Assembly: GCA_977030845.1 (NCBI GenBank)
Contig: OZ365118.1
Location: 19,592,001-19,656,000 of the forward strand
Direction: 5' to 3'
Source: Fimbriosthenelais zetlandica
Lineage: Eukaryota
Length of the DNA stretch: 64,000 bases
Shown: piece by piece, positions 62,151-64,000 of the stretch
How positions within the stretch are numbered: the first letter of the stretch is position 1
Layout: each line of letters starts with the position of its first letter
Notes under the pieces: generated by a model
The model's input: only the letters and a program-made list of their open reading frames with translations
Database searches by the model: none
Told to the model about the DNA's origin: nothing
Translations under genes and position numbers: made by a program

Positions 62151-62248
62151 GAACCCCGACCCCCCACCATACACCCCGCCCCCCCCCCCCCCACCATACA
62201 CCCCGCCCCCCCCCCCCCCACCATGCACCCCGACCCCCCACCATGCAT
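62151..62248 (+). repeat. C-rich degenerate repeat (ccccccaccat(a/g)caccccg), about x4
   Basis: Direct reading; G-quadruplex-prone on the minus strand. Confidence 0.85.
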
Positions 62249-64000
62249 GGTCTATTAACTCCCATTATGAAAACATTACCCCCTGCTTCATCACAAACCA
62301 ACCACTTGTTTACATTCTACATTTTATAAAGACAGATTTCAACTGTCATTTGATGGAAAAGCCAACTAAACATTGAGCATCTTTCCTATCATCGACCAAC
62401 AAAAACATTTTATGAAGGTTTGACCATATGATAGAGCCCTGGGCTATATATAGATACTTCTGTCATGTTTCAAACCTGTCTTGCTCGCGAGGAAGTTTTT
62501 TAATCTGCACACAGGGAGAGTTGCCTTTGTGGTGAAATCTGCTCCTGAACCTAACGAGCTTTATGTCTGGTACTGACCTGTTTTTATTACAAATTATCAT
62601 CCAGTACAAAGGTTGGCAGAGCAGCTCACAAAAGCTGGCAGATCTGCTCAAAAAAGCTGACGCTATGAGGGGATTAGATTCCCCATTATAAAGGTTCAGA
62701 ATTCTTATAAAAGATTCATCATTCATAGTTCATAGGAATAATAAAACAGATCTAATCCAAGTGATGTAGTGGAGAAAGATTGGACCAATTTGGTGAGCAC
62801 TATGTTGGTATATTGGAGGGCCTGGCTGACCTGTGAGCACGTACTGCTATACCAGACCTGGCCATGGTCAGGTCTAGATGTAATGGTTACAGTCACAGGC
62901 CATACAATAATGTCCATGGTATAAACCGTGAGACCATGACCCTAAACTTCTCATTCATGGGTCCCCATCCAGGTCTTTATGGACGATAATGGGGGATTTT
63001 ACATGCTCTTCTACTGCACTCTCTTATCAATGTTCTGATATGGCGGCCCCATGCTGGATTTAACCGGGCCATACTGGTTAAATCGCCTGGACTAAAAGCA
63101 CGAGTCGAGCTTATTTAACTCAGCTAATCAATGAATGCCGCCCGGAGAAAGATGCCTCACTCAAAGATGCAGAATACCTGAGTCGGTGGGAAAGCCAGGC
63201 GCCATAAAGCCAATTGTAGAGCGCTTTATGTCTGTCCAGGCTTGCTGCTTCCTCCTGTCATCAGGGCCAGGCTTTTTATACCCAGCACCACGCTTTGATT
63301 GCAGTGATTTATGTCCAGGCCATGGCTATAACTGAAGCCTACCTTTTTTTTCATTACAATTAAAGATTATTTACTCCACTATCCAGAGCTATCCACAGCT
63401 CATAGCAGGTGCATTGCACTATGGCGATGTGGATTTTATTAGTCTTTTTGGAACATTTTCCTAATCATACAAATGCCTTGATTGTAATTTATGTCGCCCA
63501 TATCCCATTTCCAGCTGGAAGATTTACAATTACCAAATGGCCATTCATTATTTCCTCCTCATTTGACTGGGAGGAAAAGATTAAGCCTTTTCCATCCAGA
63601 TGACTGCTTTTCATTGTCCATAATCCTGAATGATAATCCGTGATATTAGCTACCTACAGTTAATCCTGTAGCAGGGGAAGTGTGAGGGGCGCTGAGGGAA
63701 TCTATAATTACCATTGTCTAATACAGCACACTCAGCTATAGATGTATACTTCATGTGGGCAAGAAATAGATTTGATTGCAGCAGGAGGCGGGAGGGCTTC
63801 CCCGGACTGGAGGGCAGGTGGTGGAGAATGCCGAGTCAGCAGAAATGTAGCTATAACTGGAGGAGAGGCGCCAGACGCAGAAAGACGCGTTAATATTACC
63901 CCATGCTGAGAGATTTAACAGGAAATTCAGTCAGAACTGTTAATATTCCTCAACACCTCAAAAGCAGCTCTTGTCTCCATGACCTTTTATGGCTTTGACA

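Noticed and set aside
61962-62228. Gly-rich ORF (GGGGVYGGGG)
   Set aside because: It is the translation of the C/G homopolymer repeat.

Overview
Eukaryotic, intron-rich invertebrate-like DNA (roughly 40% GC, GT-AG introns). I found no prokaryotic genes, CRISPR arrays, tRNA/rRNA or recognisable transposase ORFs. Most of the supplied ORFs are noise or antisense shadows. The main feature is a minus-strand otopetrin (Otop/OtopLc-like proton channel) gene. Six phase-consistent common exons (22144-22021, 20606-20297, 15864-15704, 14588-14393, 11487-11339, 10936-10175) encode the whole transmembrane body (566 aa). The most interesting signal is upstream. Several short ATG-containing exons (37.6, 43.4, 43.45, 51.0 and 52.9+52.0 kb, plus a 21-nt microexon at 34.3 kb) all end in a phase-2 donor that joins in frame to the TM1 exon. 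They would give different N-termini, including a MACCC palmitoylation-type end and a possible MGNGAS myristoylation-type end. The locus also has four near-perfect RFX X-boxes, a CRE cluster, a YY1/hairpin array and tandem repeats that duplicate splice donors. A second minus-strand gene with an acidic Glu/Pro/His-rich disordered product lies at about 1.3-5.3 kb and may be the N-terminus of a tandem otopetrin paralogue. All splice models come from reading splice consensus and frame by eye and need RNA data.
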